A DNA stretch of 64,000 nucleotides from Methanobacteriota archaeon (GTDB lineage Archaea > Methanobacteriota > Methanobacteria > Methanobacteriales > Methanobacteriaceae): assembly GCA_963787255.1 (NCBI GenBank), contig CAWBCJ010000029.1, forward strand, positions 992,001 to 1,056,000. The letters are read 5' to 3'. The translations under genes were made by a program, and so were the position numbers. The notes under the pieces are model-generated. The model did not search any database and was not told where the DNA came from. It saw nothing but the letters and a program-made list of their open reading frames with translations. Positions 49,532 through 59,167 of this stretch are shown one piece after another (within the stretch, counting starts at the first letter, position 1; each line of letters opens with the position of its first letter).

Positions 49532-50449
49532 TCATTCTTCAAGACCAAATTCTCCAGTTTCAATCCATTCCATTCCTAGTAGGGACCAGAAATCTGATGC
49601 TATATTATTTAAAACATAATCATATGGCATCCAGCCATATCCTTTATCACCCCACTTTTTGCCCCAGGAATTACGTATTAAAAGCGCACCTGTTGTTTCT
49701 TTATCACATTTTGTATTTTTGATTTTCTTGTTATCATCGTAACCTACTGCTACAATTGCATGTCCCCATTCAGCCTGTTCATCAGGACACGGGAAAGGTA
49801 TTCCACCTTTAACATTTGCATTGTCAAATGATGGGAATCCGTAAAAACCGAACATTGAAGGTATTCCTGCAGCCAAATATGTTTTTACGCTGTTAAGCAC
49901 GTCGTTTGGAGGTTTATTAATGCCTGCAGGGTCATGGCAGAAATAGCTTAGTGATTCGTAGTTGTCTGCTACTGCAAAAATCCAAGATGGTGGCTCTTGG
50001 TCGAATTCATCTGGTTTGTCAGTATATGGCCAGTATTTTTCTGGTGGTAAACCACCAAGTACCAAGGCAGCCATAGCTGTTCTTAAATATGCGCCGGAAT
50101 CGCCTGTAAATCCTAGCAGGTTACGGCTAAGTTTGTAGTTAAAGAGACGAGATCCGTTTATATGTTTTCCAAATGCTTTATTTTCATAGTATTCAACTAT
50201 TCCCACAGCAGCATTTGCGGTACATGAACCTAAACTTTTTTGATCTTCAATATCTGAGCACCATTGTCTTAGATCAACGCTTGTTGGAATTGATGTTGGA
50301 TCTTGAGTTCCTAATTTTTCAGTCATCCTAGAAACTTCAGGATTTTCTTCTGTATAATCCCTTAAGTCTGGCATTGGAGGTAACCATCCAGTGCCCTTAA
50401 TTTCATTTGTTTCAGGAATTTCTACCGGTTTGTACTTTATTTTGTACAT
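49532..50449 (-). CDS. Papain-like C1 family cysteine protease
   Basis: VDLR, DQKSLGSCTANA (Cys), GHAIVAVGYDD (His), IRNSWG (Asn). Confidence 0.93.
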   Translation of the reverse strand: MYKIKYKPVEIPETNEIKGTGWLPPMPDLRDYTEENPEVSRMTEKLGTQDPTSIPTSVDLRQWCSDIEDQKSLGSCTANAAVGIVEYYENKAFGKHINGSRLFNYKLSRNLLGFTGDSGAYLRTAMAALVLGGLPPEKYWPYTDKPDEFDQEPPSWIFAVADNYESLSYFCHDPAGINKPPNDVLNSVKTYLAAGIPSMFGFYGFPSFDNANVKGGIPFPCPDEQAEWGHAIVAVGYDDNKKIKNTKCDKETTGALLIRNSWGKKWGDKGYGWMPYDYVLNNIASDFWSLLGMEWIETGEFGLEE

Positions 50450-50607
50450 TTTTTTCCACCTCAAAAAGAGTTTTTTTAGATAAAATACTTCGACATATAT
50501 CTAATATCACAATAATAAATATTTTTATGAAATATTTGTGATTCATTTTTATGTAAACTGATTATTTTTTGTGAATAAGCTCTTTTTTGAGATTAAAATA
50601 GAATTAA

Positions 50608-50840
50608 AATAGTACAAACGTTACCTTGAATGGGTTAATATATAAAGGATACCTTCCTTTCTATAAAAGATAATAAAATTATTCTAATTAGCGAAGATTA
50701 CTTCTTACAAAAAGATGGTAAATACTATGTAGTAAGCTTTACATATGATTCATCTAATAAATCCATAATATCCTCTGGAAATCCATACAGAGTTCAAATC
50801 GACGAAGCAGTTAAGTCAATAAAAAAAAAATTTAAATTAA
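50608..50840 (+). pseudogene. Gene remnant, possibly the C-terminus of a PsbP-like surface protein
   Basis: Frameshifted protein-like frames NSTNVTLNGLIYKGY and KIILISEDYFLQKDGKYYVVSFTYD...QIDEAVKSIK; no start codon. Confidence 0.4.
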
Positions 50841-51209
50841 CTTTTCTTTTTTTAATTTAAGTAAAGAATAAATAAAATGAAATACTAAAATAATAATTAA
50901 TATGTTAGTTGTATTAATCATATGACTGCCACGGTCGTGGTAAGATTAGGGTAAAAAAAAGTCTTTTATTACCAATCATAAAGCACAAAGATAATTTGGA
51001 TAGAAAATTTGCTCTAATTTCAATATACAACAATTTTAATCCATATTATTTCTTATTTATTAAATTTTTGGCAATTCAGTCTTCTCAAACTATTTTTTTA
51101 ATCTTTTTTAAGGAAAAATTTTTTTTAAAACTTAAATTGTTTATTATCAATCCTTTCTTCATAGATTTAGGCCGTAATTTGGAATTATAGAGAATATTAG
51201 AGTGATAAA

Positions 51210-51614
51210 GTGGATGAAAAAACTGTAAATAAAAATTTAGATGAAAATTCAACTAAATCCTGTCCCTATTGCAAAGAAGAGATTCCCATACAGGCAGTTA
51301 AATGTATGTACTGCGCAAAATGGATAGACAAAAAAGATAAAAGAATAAAGGCATCATTTTCTACTGATAAAACTCTTAAAATCTGTTTAGATTGTGGAAC
51401 TGAAAATCTTGACTATGCAAACTTCTGTGGAAATTGTGGAAAAAAATTAGATTTAAAAGAACCCTATGATGAGAATAAATTAAAAGAAGAAAGCCTTGTA
51501 AAAATATGCCCTTACTGTGAAAGTGAAATACATTACAAGGCAGTAAAATGCAAATACTGTGGCGAATGGATAGAAAAAAAGAAGGATTTGAAAGGGATTC
51601 ACGGAACCAGCTAA
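51210..51614 (+). CDS. Zinc-ribbon domain protein (three units)
   Basis: CPYC.EEI...A.KC.YC twice, plus CLDCG...FCGNCG. Confidence 0.85.
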   Translation: MDEKTVNKNLDENSTKSCPYCKEEIPIQAVKCMYCAKWIDKKDKRIKASFSTDKTLKICLDCGTENLDYANFCGNCGKKLDLKEPYDENKLKEESLVKICPYCESEIHYKAVKCKYCGEWIEKKKDLKGIHGTS

Positions 51615-51674
51615 AAATGCAGCCATAAATGAGACAGTAAGGGAAGCAATAACACAATTAAGAAATATCCTGAG

Positions 51675-52363
51675 GTGATGTTATTGAAGGATAGAAATTC
51701 ATCTGAAGAAACTAAATCATGCCCCTACTGTATAGGTGAAATAAGTGTTGATGCAACTAAATGTAGTCACTGCGGCGAAGAATTAAAAGAAGATAAAGAA
51801 AAAGAAAGATTAAAGAGAGAAGGAAAAGATACCGCAAAAAGAGAAGCTAGAAAACAGATTCAAGATAAATTCAAATCAGATAAAACTGGAAAAACAACAC
51901 AAAAAAGCATTGCTAAAAGCAAAGGAATTAAAAGCTGGTGGGCAGCGCAAAGTACAGGAGTAAAAGCACTTGTAATATTATGCATAGGAGTAGTTGCATT
52001 GGGTGGTACTTATTTAGCATCTGGAACTGGTCAGGGGACTACAGATTCTATAGTTAATCAGGCACCTGAGCAGAGCACTCCAGTAGCTTCTGCAGAAACA
52101 TGCACTGTTTGTAGTGGCAGTGGAAAAGTTACCTGTACAAGTTGTGGTGGAGATGGAATAATCGAGAAGAAGAGAAATATGTAAAGACATTGTAGTGGAA
52201 CAGGATATCGCTAATCAGTTTTGATGGTACACCGTTGTGAAATTTACTGTGTGTGGAAGCGGATATAAATTTATAACTACAAAGGTTAATTGTGATGTCA
52301 TGTAATGGAAGAGGCCAGATTAAATGCACAAATTGTGGTGGAGACGGCAAAATAGGAAACTGA
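51675..52363 (+). CDS. Zinc-ribbon + TM + DnaJ-type CxxCxGxG repeat protein; 3' part frameshifted (ORF ends 52184 as given)
   Basis: CPYC..KCSHCG, TM segment, CTVCSGSG, CTSCGGDG; downstream out-of-frame CSGTG, CNGRG, CTNCGGDGKIGN*. Confidence 0.7.
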
Positions 52364-52410
52364 GTAAAATAAGTTAATTTTATTTTGCTTCTAAACTGTA
52401 CCATGAAAAT

Positions 52411-52662
52411 TTAATACATATAAACATATTGACTAATATCTGGGTAACTCATTAAGATCTCTACCACCATCTTTCCTACTCTTCTTCTTGTTACAAGAGC
52501 TCCGATGATTCCATTTATTAAATCGCCGATAGATCCAACGATTATACCTGCAATCAGGAAATATACAATGGGAATTGGTAATCTAAGGACTAATTTCACT
52601 ACAATAACTGCTAAGAATATGGGAATTATAATTGCTATAATAAATCCTTCAATTAAATCCAA
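52411..52662 (-). CDS. Small membrane protein, probably a chimeric remnant
   Basis: Hydrophobic N-terminus; C-terminus ILMSYPDISQYVYM copies the end of 46535-46978. Confidence 0.45.
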   Translation of the reverse strand: MDLIEGFIIAIIIPIFLAVIVVKLVLRLPIPIVYFLIAGIIVGSIGDLINGIIGALVTRRRVGKMVVEILMSYPDISQYVYMY

Positions 52663-52695
52663 AAATCATCTAACAAATTCATTTCGATTTTTTTT

Positions 52696-53055
52696 TCACA
52701 TATCTGCATGTTCAATTAACTCGATTTCCACACCATCTGGACCATCCAGAAAGGCTATCTTTGGACCTCCGGGTGCACCGAATGGGCCGCGGGTTAATAC
52801 AACTCCTTTAGCTTTTAATTTATCTAATTCAGCATCCATATCTTCGATTTCCATACCTACCATAAATAAGCCTTTTTTGCCCTCTTCACCTTCTATGAGT
52901 TCAATTGTGGCTTCTCCTTCACCTTTAAAGAATGCTATGGTTAAACCTGGTCTGGGGCTGAATCTTCTTATTTCGTCCATTCCTAGAATATCTGTGTAAA
53001 ACTTGGCAGATTCTTCTAGATTTTCCACGGATACTACAGCATTTTTCACTTTCAT
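52696..53055 (-). CDS. VOC/glyoxalase family protein
   Basis: V.NLEES.KFY..ILG, IEL, AF..GPDGVEIEL. Confidence 0.92.
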   Translation of the reverse strand: MKVKNAVVSVENLEESAKFYTDILGMDEIRRFSPRPGLTIAFFKGEGEATIELIEGEEGKKGLFMVGMEIEDMDAELDKLKAKGVVLTRGPFGAPGGPKIAFLDGPDGVEIELIEHADM

Positions 53056-53126
53056 TTATAATTCCTCCACTAAATCATTTTTATTTCTGTCCTTTAAGAT
53101 TTAATTCTTTTAAAATATCCCTCAAT

Positions 53127-54200
53127 TTATTTTTTTACAAGCAGAATATTGCTTATTACTAGTGAACCTAGGAACATGAAAGTTAAAAGTGCTGATCCGT
53201 TTATTGCTCTGGTTTGGAAAAATAGTCCAATTAGTGCTTGGGCTATAAATGCAGTGAGTGCTCCTATGAGTATGGTTTCTCTTCCAAGATATTTCTTATT
53301 ACCATTTTCTCTTTTTTTACGATATGTAGCAAGCATATTAAACCCTATTAAAATCACGGTAATGCACCAAATTAAAAGACCTATTAATGCAATATATCCA
53401 AAGTCAAATGCAAAACCAAATGTTCCAGGCAAGAAATAATCTATTATATCTTTTTTACTCACTAAAACTCCATAAAATACGGGAAATGGTAGAGTAAGCC
53501 AATTAATTAGAGTTAAAGGTAAAGTTATGTAACCACTGGCAAATCCAGTATCTAGTGCGCCCCAGTAGCTTGAACCTTGAACATGGCCAAAGAGTGTTGT
53601 GTATTTTAAAACCAGGGTAATATTTGGAAGTGTATTTTCTTCAAGTCTGGATAATCTTAATAGTGGGCTTAATACTGACATTTGTAAAATCCTTGATAGT
53701 AATTCAAGTAATCCAGTAGCTATAGCTACCACGGCTGCTATTGTGATTATCCTTTTAACTGTGAAAAAGGATTTTTGACGGAATGATTTTGATATAATAA
53801 AAAATCCAATCAAGAGCCCTAAAATCCATTCTATAAGGAAAATTCTGTGTACTATACCTCCAGCAATTGCTATTAATCCTATAAGAATAAATACAAATAT
53901 TCTAAGATTAACAACTTTGATACCTACTTTTTTCATCATAGGTAATGAGCCTAGTAAGGTTACAAGGGCAAATATGGCGAGTGGACCAAATGGAACACTA
54001 AATTCCTTAGCAGATGATAAAAATAGAAGTATAACATCAATACTGAACAATGCTGTAAATGCTACTGACAAAATAAGCGCTATAAAAAGCACTAGACTTA
54101 ATGAAAGTGGTACTAAATTAAACAGTAACATCACGCCTACCTGCATGATAATTAATATTTCTATTATAAATTGAAAATGATTTTCAGCAATTAAAGCCAA
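53127..54200 (-). CDS. Polytopic membrane protein of unknown function
   Basis: About 10 hydrophobic segments with one large loop; TTG start after GGAGG. Confidence 0.75.
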   Translation of the reverse strand: MALIAENHFQFIIEILIIMQVGVMLLFNLVPLSLSLVLFIALILSVAFTALFSIDVILLFLSSAKEFSVPFGPLAIFALVTLLGSLPMMKKVGIKVVNLRIFVFILIGLIAIAGGIVHRIFLIEWILGLLIGFFIISKSFRQKSFFTVKRIITIAAVVAIATGLLELLSRILQMSVLSPLLRLSRLEENTLPNITLVLKYTTLFGHVQGSSYWGALDTGFASGYITLPLTLINWLTLPFPVFYGVLVSKKDIIDYFLPGTFGFAFDFGYIALIGLLIWCITVILIGFNMLATYRKKRENGNKKYLGRETILIGALTAFIAQALIGLFFQTRAINGSALLTFMFLGSLVISNILLVKK

Positions 54201-54517
54201 TTTTTATTCCTCCAAGTCCACTGTGGACTTATTGTACGGATTCTAATTAGAATTTTGATAGGATATTGATAAATTAAAGGGAAAAATGTTAATTTAATTA
54301 TATTTTTATTTTATATACGCTTATTACATTTTTTAAATTTTTTGGGGAATGTATTTTTACAAAGATCTCTATTTTTTACTAATCTCTATTATTATTTAAA
54401 AATTAATTCACAAATTATACATTAATTTTATTATTATAGTTTTTAAGTTAATAAATTATGTCCAAATATTATATTATTATAAAATAATAATAATATAATA
54501 GGAAGGTGATTAATAAC

Positions 54518-54964
54518 ATGTTTAAAAAAATATTGTTACCAACTGACGGCTCTAAAAATGCAGAAAGAGCCGGAGCACAAGCAATAGAACTTGCTAATTT
54601 AAGTAATGCCGATATTGTTGTTTTGTATGTTGTAGAAACAAATTTAATAGAATCGCCCAGATTAGTAAATTACAGGGTTACTCTATTCGATGAATTAAGA
54701 GAAGAAGGAAAAAAAGTTGTTGAAGATTTTAAAGAAAGATTAGAAGAAAGCCAATGCAAGGGGGTTTGTAAAAATGCTAATCTTATCTCTATGGTTAAAG
54801 AAGGAAGACCCTATGACGTTATACTAGAAACCATAAATAAAGAAAATATTGACCTTACAGTTATGGGAGCTTCTGGTAGACACGGTTTGGATAGATTTTT
54901 ACTAGGTAGCGTGACCGAAAGAGTAGTAAGAGAATCAAAAAGTCCAGTTTTAGTAGTACCTTAA
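54518..54964 (+). CDS. Universal stress protein (UspA family)
   Basis: [29 protein letters not shown]. Confidence 0.95.
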   Translation: MFKKILLPTDGSKNAERAGAQAIELANLSNADIVVLYVVETNLIESPRLVNYRVTLFDELREEGKKVVEDFKERLEESQCKGVCKNANLISMVKEGRPYDVILETINKENIDLTVMGASGRHGLDRFLLGSVTERVVRESKSPVLVVP

Positions 54965-55171
54965 ACCATTAAATTATTGTATTAAAAAATTTTTTTTTAT
55001 ATCTTAAAAATAATAATAAGACATAGAAATGGCATAAATGAAAAAATAGGAGACTAAAAACCAGGGATACTGTTAATGGTCATCCATCTAATACTATGTT
55101 TTAAAATATTATTTTTAAAACTGAATTTAAAAAAAAATAATCAAAATAATTAAATTATTTTTTTATTTAAA

Positions 55172-55285
55172 TCATTTTAAATCAGTAGATACATTTGGAT
55201 CATTGTTTGTAATCTGTTCTACAGTGTTTTTTATTTCTTGGTACGCATTTTGGGCATCCATATTTTGATTTTTTTTAACAAGTTT
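55172..55285 (-). pseudogene. Remnant paralogous to the secreted protein at 46535-46978
   Basis: Encodes NAYQEIKNTVEQ vs NVYQEIKNTSKQ; 19/20 nt identity between 55224-55243 and 46839-46858. Confidence 0.6.
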
Positions 55286-55528
55286 TTAATCTAGGCATAT
55301 TATGGATTAGTAATACTTTATTTCGAATTTTAAATCCTATAAAAGAGGTTCAATCATTTCTAAATAATAAAGTATTTAATTAAAGAAAAGATAATAAAAA
55401 CACTTATAATTTGAGAATACATGATTGTGCCAATTGTAGAGCTATTATTTACTGTTTAAGTTGTAGGCATACGTTCAATTGGTTTTAGAATAGATGCCCA
55501 TTAATTAAATGTTACAGGAGATAGAAGA

Positions 55529-57058
55529 ATGGACTTAGAGTTTCTAGAAGACAAAGAAATAATCGTAGCCTCGAACAGAGGACCCGTGTTATTTAAAAGA
55601 GATGCAAAAGGAGAAATCGAAGTAATAAAAGGTAAAGGGGGGATAGTCGGGTCGATGGTACCCTTCTTGGAAAAAACTCACGGTACATGGTTTTCTTCGG
55701 CGATCGGAGAGTGTGACGCGTATATGAATGATAAACACGATTCTAAAGTACCCATACCATTAGAAGACCCTGAGTATTATGTCCGATTGATCAAAACAGA
55801 AGAGGATGTTTTTAATGATTTTAATGGCAAATTCGCCAATCCATTATTATGGTTTATTCATCATTCCATGTGGAATCCACCCTATTCACCATGTGCAGAC
55901 GAGGAACTGCACCAAGCATGGGATTCATACCAATATGTAAACTCTAAGTTTGCAGAAGCAATAGTTGATGCAGTATCTACATCAAATAAGACTCCGATTG
56001 TAATGTTACAGGATTATCATATCTATTTAACTCCTAAATTAATAAGACAGCAACATCCCGATGTTTTAATGAGCCAATTTGTCCATATACCATTCCCTCC
56101 ACCAGAAATATTCCAGCAGCTGCCTAATCATATGCAAATCGATATATTAGACGGCATGCTCACAAATAATGTCTTAGGATTCCATATTCCACGTTATATG
56201 AACAATTTCTTACAAACAATTAAACAAATTCTACCAAACGCTTTCGTGGATGAAGTAGTTGGAGACATTGTATATAATGGACATCTCTGCCATGTAAGAA
56301 CCTATCCTATCAGTATTGATAGAGAAACAATGCAGACATACGCACAAAATCCAGAAGTGATTAGTAAAGAAGCAGAAGTCGATGCAATGATTGGAAACTG
56401 CAAGTTAATCTACAGAACAGACCGAGCAGACTTATCTAAAAATATTATCAGAGGATTCCAGGCCTATGACATGTTCCTTGATAAATATCCGGAATGGAAG
56501 GAAAAAGTTAAGTTTGTAGCAACTTTAATGCCCTCAAGACAGGATATAAAGATTTACAGGGAATACACAGATAATATAAAGGATATAGTTAATAAAATCA
56601 ACGAAAAACACGCTACACCAGACTGGGAACCAATCAAATACATCTGCAGGGGAGATTACGACCTGGTAGTTGCTCTTTTAAAAAGATACGACGTTTTAAT
56701 GGTTAATCCTATATTGGATGGAATGAATATTGTAGCCAAAGAAGGGAGTGTCGTAAACGAAAATAATGGCGTATTAGTCCTTTCTACTGGAGCAGGATGT
56801 TACGAAGAACTAAAAGATGGCGCAATTTGTATAAATCCTTTTGATCTAAGACAAACTGCAGAATCACTCGACACAGCTTTATTAATGGATGAAACAACCA
56901 AAGCTCAGATGATTAAAGAAGCAAGGGCAGCCGTTGAAAGAAATGATCTTAATAAATGGGTATCTGATCAATTAAAGGACATTGAAACCGTTATATACGA
57001 AAGATCAAAGCTTAAATTAAGTGAAAACTCTGAGGAAGCTCGATTTGAAATAAATTAA
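55529..57058 (+). CDS. otsA: Trehalose-6-phosphate synthase (GT20 family)
   Basis: VASNRGP, QDYH, F.HIPFP, DR.D.SK, DGMNIVAKE. Confidence 0.88.
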   Translation: MDLEFLEDKEIIVASNRGPVLFKRDAKGEIEVIKGKGGIVGSMVPFLEKTHGTWFSSAIGECDAYMNDKHDSKVPIPLEDPEYYVRLIKTEEDVFNDFNGKFANPLLWFIHHSMWNPPYSPCADEELHQAWDSYQYVNSKFAEAIVDAVSTSNKTPIVMLQDYHIYLTPKLIRQQHPDVLMSQFVHIPFPPPEIFQQLPNHMQIDILDGMLTNNVLGFHIPRYMNNFLQTIKQILPNAFVDEVVGDIVYNGHLCHVRTYPISIDRETMQTYAQNPEVISKEAEVDAMIGNCKLIYRTDRADLSKNIIRGFQAYDMFLDKYPEWKEKVKFVATLMPSRQDIKIYREYTDNIKDIVNKINEKHATPDWEPIKYICRGDYDLVVALLKRYDVLMVNPILDGMNIVAKEGSVVNENNGVLVLSTGAGCYEELKDGAICINPFDLRQTAESLDTALLMDETTKAQMIKEARAAVERNDLNKWVSDQLKDIETVIYERSKLKLSENSEEARFEIN

Positions 57059-57123
57059 ATATTTTTCTAAAAAATCCATACTAAATGATTTTTAATTCAA
57101 TAAATTGAAAAGGATAGTGTTTA

Positions 57124-58275
57124 ATGTCGATTCAACTTCATGATTCTTTAAAAAAAGCAGAAAAAGAGAAAACTTTGCCCGGGGTTATTGCCTACAACAG
57201 AATTGATGGTCCAGGCTCTAGTTTAGATTTAAGCGAATTTCAGCAGACATTCTGGAAATTACCAAATATACAGAATGAATATGATCCTAAAAGAAAATGG
57301 ACAAGGGATCTTCCAAGAACCGTAGGTATAACCATAGATACAGGAACTAAAATTGAGGCACACCCTTTTGATCCTGATCTTATAGGTGTAAGATCTGTTG
57401 AATACAAAACAGAAGTCAGCGCAGCTCCAGGCGAAGTAATTCCGATTAAAGAGAACTGGTTGCTTAAAATACTTGAAATATTTGATCTCTCTGGTGTTAT
57501 GTTTGTTTTAAAGAACTTAAGGGAAGGTATACAATCTTCAGGGCTTGGTGGATCATCAACTGCGGCAATTGGTGTGTGTATACTTGCAAATGAGTTAGCA
57601 GGACGGCCATTTAGTAAGGTTCAATTGATTTCTTTAGCTTCGCGTATTGAACAGGGTTTTGGGGTAAGTATCACTGGAACACAGGAACAATCCAATGTTA
57701 TTTTTGGTGGAGTAACTGATTATGTCTGGTTTCCATGGGGAATACCGGGATGTCAGGGTACCGGTTACGGTGAATCTTTACGATTTGAATTGATACCACC
57801 TGAAGATTATGAGCTTTTAGAAGGGAGAACGGCTATTTTTCATTCTGGACATCCCCGCCTAAGCTCTGAAGTTAATGTAACATGGAGAAATGCTCTTTTA
57901 AATGAAGTGGGATATAACTTACATTCTAAAAAAATGAAGGTAGCTTATGAGTTTCGTGAGGGATTAAGGCTTCAAAAGTGGGAGCACGTTCTTGAATCAA
58001 TAGAAGAATACCGTAAAATACGAACAAAATTATGTGAAGGTTATATGGAAAGTTCCAGGGATTTGTTGGAACGTGCTAAAAGCTGTAACTGTACAGTTTT
58101 CCCTCTAGGTGCCGGTGGAGGGGGTGGAGTCCTATTATTTTCTCCAGAACCAGAATCTTTAATGAAATTGCGCGAGGATCTTCAAGGTATTTATCGTGAA
58201 ATCCCCTTTAAAATACGATCTAAGGGTCATGAAATTAATAATGTAAATTTGGGACAGACACAGGACTCCGGCTAA
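57124..58275 (+). CDS. GHMP-family (sugar) kinase
   Basis: SSGLGGSST, G.Q.Q, GAGGGGG motifs. Confidence 0.8.
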   Translation: MSIQLHDSLKKAEKEKTLPGVIAYNRIDGPGSSLDLSEFQQTFWKLPNIQNEYDPKRKWTRDLPRTVGITIDTGTKIEAHPFDPDLIGVRSVEYKTEVSAAPGEVIPIKENWLLKILEIFDLSGVMFVLKNLREGIQSSGLGGSSTAAIGVCILANELAGRPFSKVQLISLASRIEQGFGVSITGTQEQSNVIFGGVTDYVWFPWGIPGCQGTGYGESLRFELIPPEDYELLEGRTAIFHSGHPRLSSEVNVTWRNALLNEVGYNLHSKKMKVAYEFREGLRLQKWEHVLESIEEYRKIRTKLCEGYMESSRDLLERAKSCNCTVFPLGAGGGGGVLLFSPEPESLMKLREDLQGIYREIPFKIRSKGHEINNVNLGQTQDSG

Positions 58276-58376
58276 GGCAAAATATTAAAATTATTTGCCA
58301 TTAGCTTTCGAAAAAATGTTTATACTGTATCTTAAATTGTCCCCTCTTAAATTATTTAAGCGAATATATTTTGGTA

Positions 58377-58544
58377 TTAGGTTTGGTGTGTTGTACTTTT
58401 AAAGTATCCATTGCGGATCATGTAGCCTATGATTGTGATTGCTATTAAAAAGCCTATTATGCTTCCTATGTTTCCGAGTAATGAGAATAGTGTACCCATT
58501 ATTACTAATAATATTCCTATACCTATAATTTGTAAATTTACCAT
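58377..58544 (-). CDS. Small membrane protein, 55 aa, downstream of padR; not in ORF track
   Basis: GGAG RBS; MVNLQIIGIGILLVIMGTLFSLLGNIGSIIGFLIAITIIGYMIRNGYFKSTTHQT. Confidence 0.6.
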   Translation of the reverse strand: MVNLQIIGIGILLVIMGTLFSLLGNIGSIIGFLIAITIIGYMIRNGYFKSTTHQT

Positions 58545-58565
58545 TTTTTTTCAACTCCATTTTTT

Positions 58566-59078
58566 TTATTCTATGTTCATTAATTTTTCATAAAACTCAA
58601 TTGTATTTTCTAAATCTTTGATGCCATATTCAAGAACGGTAAGTGAGATGGGTGGCATATCATGGCCATATTTTTCCTTTTTTTCTAGTGCTTCTTGGTG
58701 CATCTCTAATTTGGCTTCATATAATGGTTTAACTACTTTTATGCGGCTTTCTTGGGGTATAAGGTCAAAAAACGCGGCCTGTACCTTGAAGTCGAAGGCG
58801 TCAATTTCTGGCTTTGCTGGGGTGGCTACTAGTTCAAGTAAGTGTTTTTTTCCCTTTTCAGTAATGTGATATACTTTTTTATTCATTTTTTCAGTTGGTA
58901 TTTCTTTTCCGATGATGAAGCCGTTTTTTTCCATTTTTGTCAGTGTAGAATATAGTACGTTGTTGTTTAACTTGAAATATGGATTTCCGAAGAAGTACTT
59001 TACATTTTTTTTAAGTAGGTATCCATGGCTTGGATTGAAGTAGATCATACCTAAAATGATGAGGTCTGAATTTACCAT
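58566..59078 (-). CDS. PadR family transcriptional regulator
   Basis: IILG, HGY.LKK, LYSTL.KME..G.I, KKVYHITEKG; C-terminal helical domain. Confidence 0.92.
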   Translation of the reverse strand: MVNSDLIILGMIYFNPSHGYLLKKNVKYFFGNPYFKLNNNVLYSTLTKMEKNGFIIGKEIPTEKMNKKVYHITEKGKKHLLELVATPAKPEIDAFDFKVQAAFFDLIPQESRIKVVKPLYEAKLEMHQEALEKKEKYGHDMPPISLTVLEYGIKDLENTIEFYEKLMNIE

Positions 59079-59119
59079 TTTTTTTATCACCTATTTTTTG
59101 AGATCTTTTATGAATTCTA

Positions 59120-59167
59120 ATGTTACTTTTAACATATGATATTTTTAACATATGTTACTTTTAACAT
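59120..59167. promoter_or_regulatory. Three tandem 16-bp palindromes ATGT-N8-ACAT, probable PadR operator
   Basis: ATGTTACTTTTAACAT / ATGATATTTTTAACAT / ATGTTACTTTTAACAT. Confidence 0.8.

Noticed and set aside
50996-51190. 64-aa ORF
   Set aside because: Phe/Ile/Lys low-complexity translation of an AT-rich promoter region
46550-52458. Provirus or integrative element bounded by att sites
   Set aside because: No integrase, transposase, replication or virion genes; kept only as a rearrangement-scar finding
52505-52999. 164-aa + strand ORF
   Set aside because: Antisense to the VOC gene and the small membrane ORF
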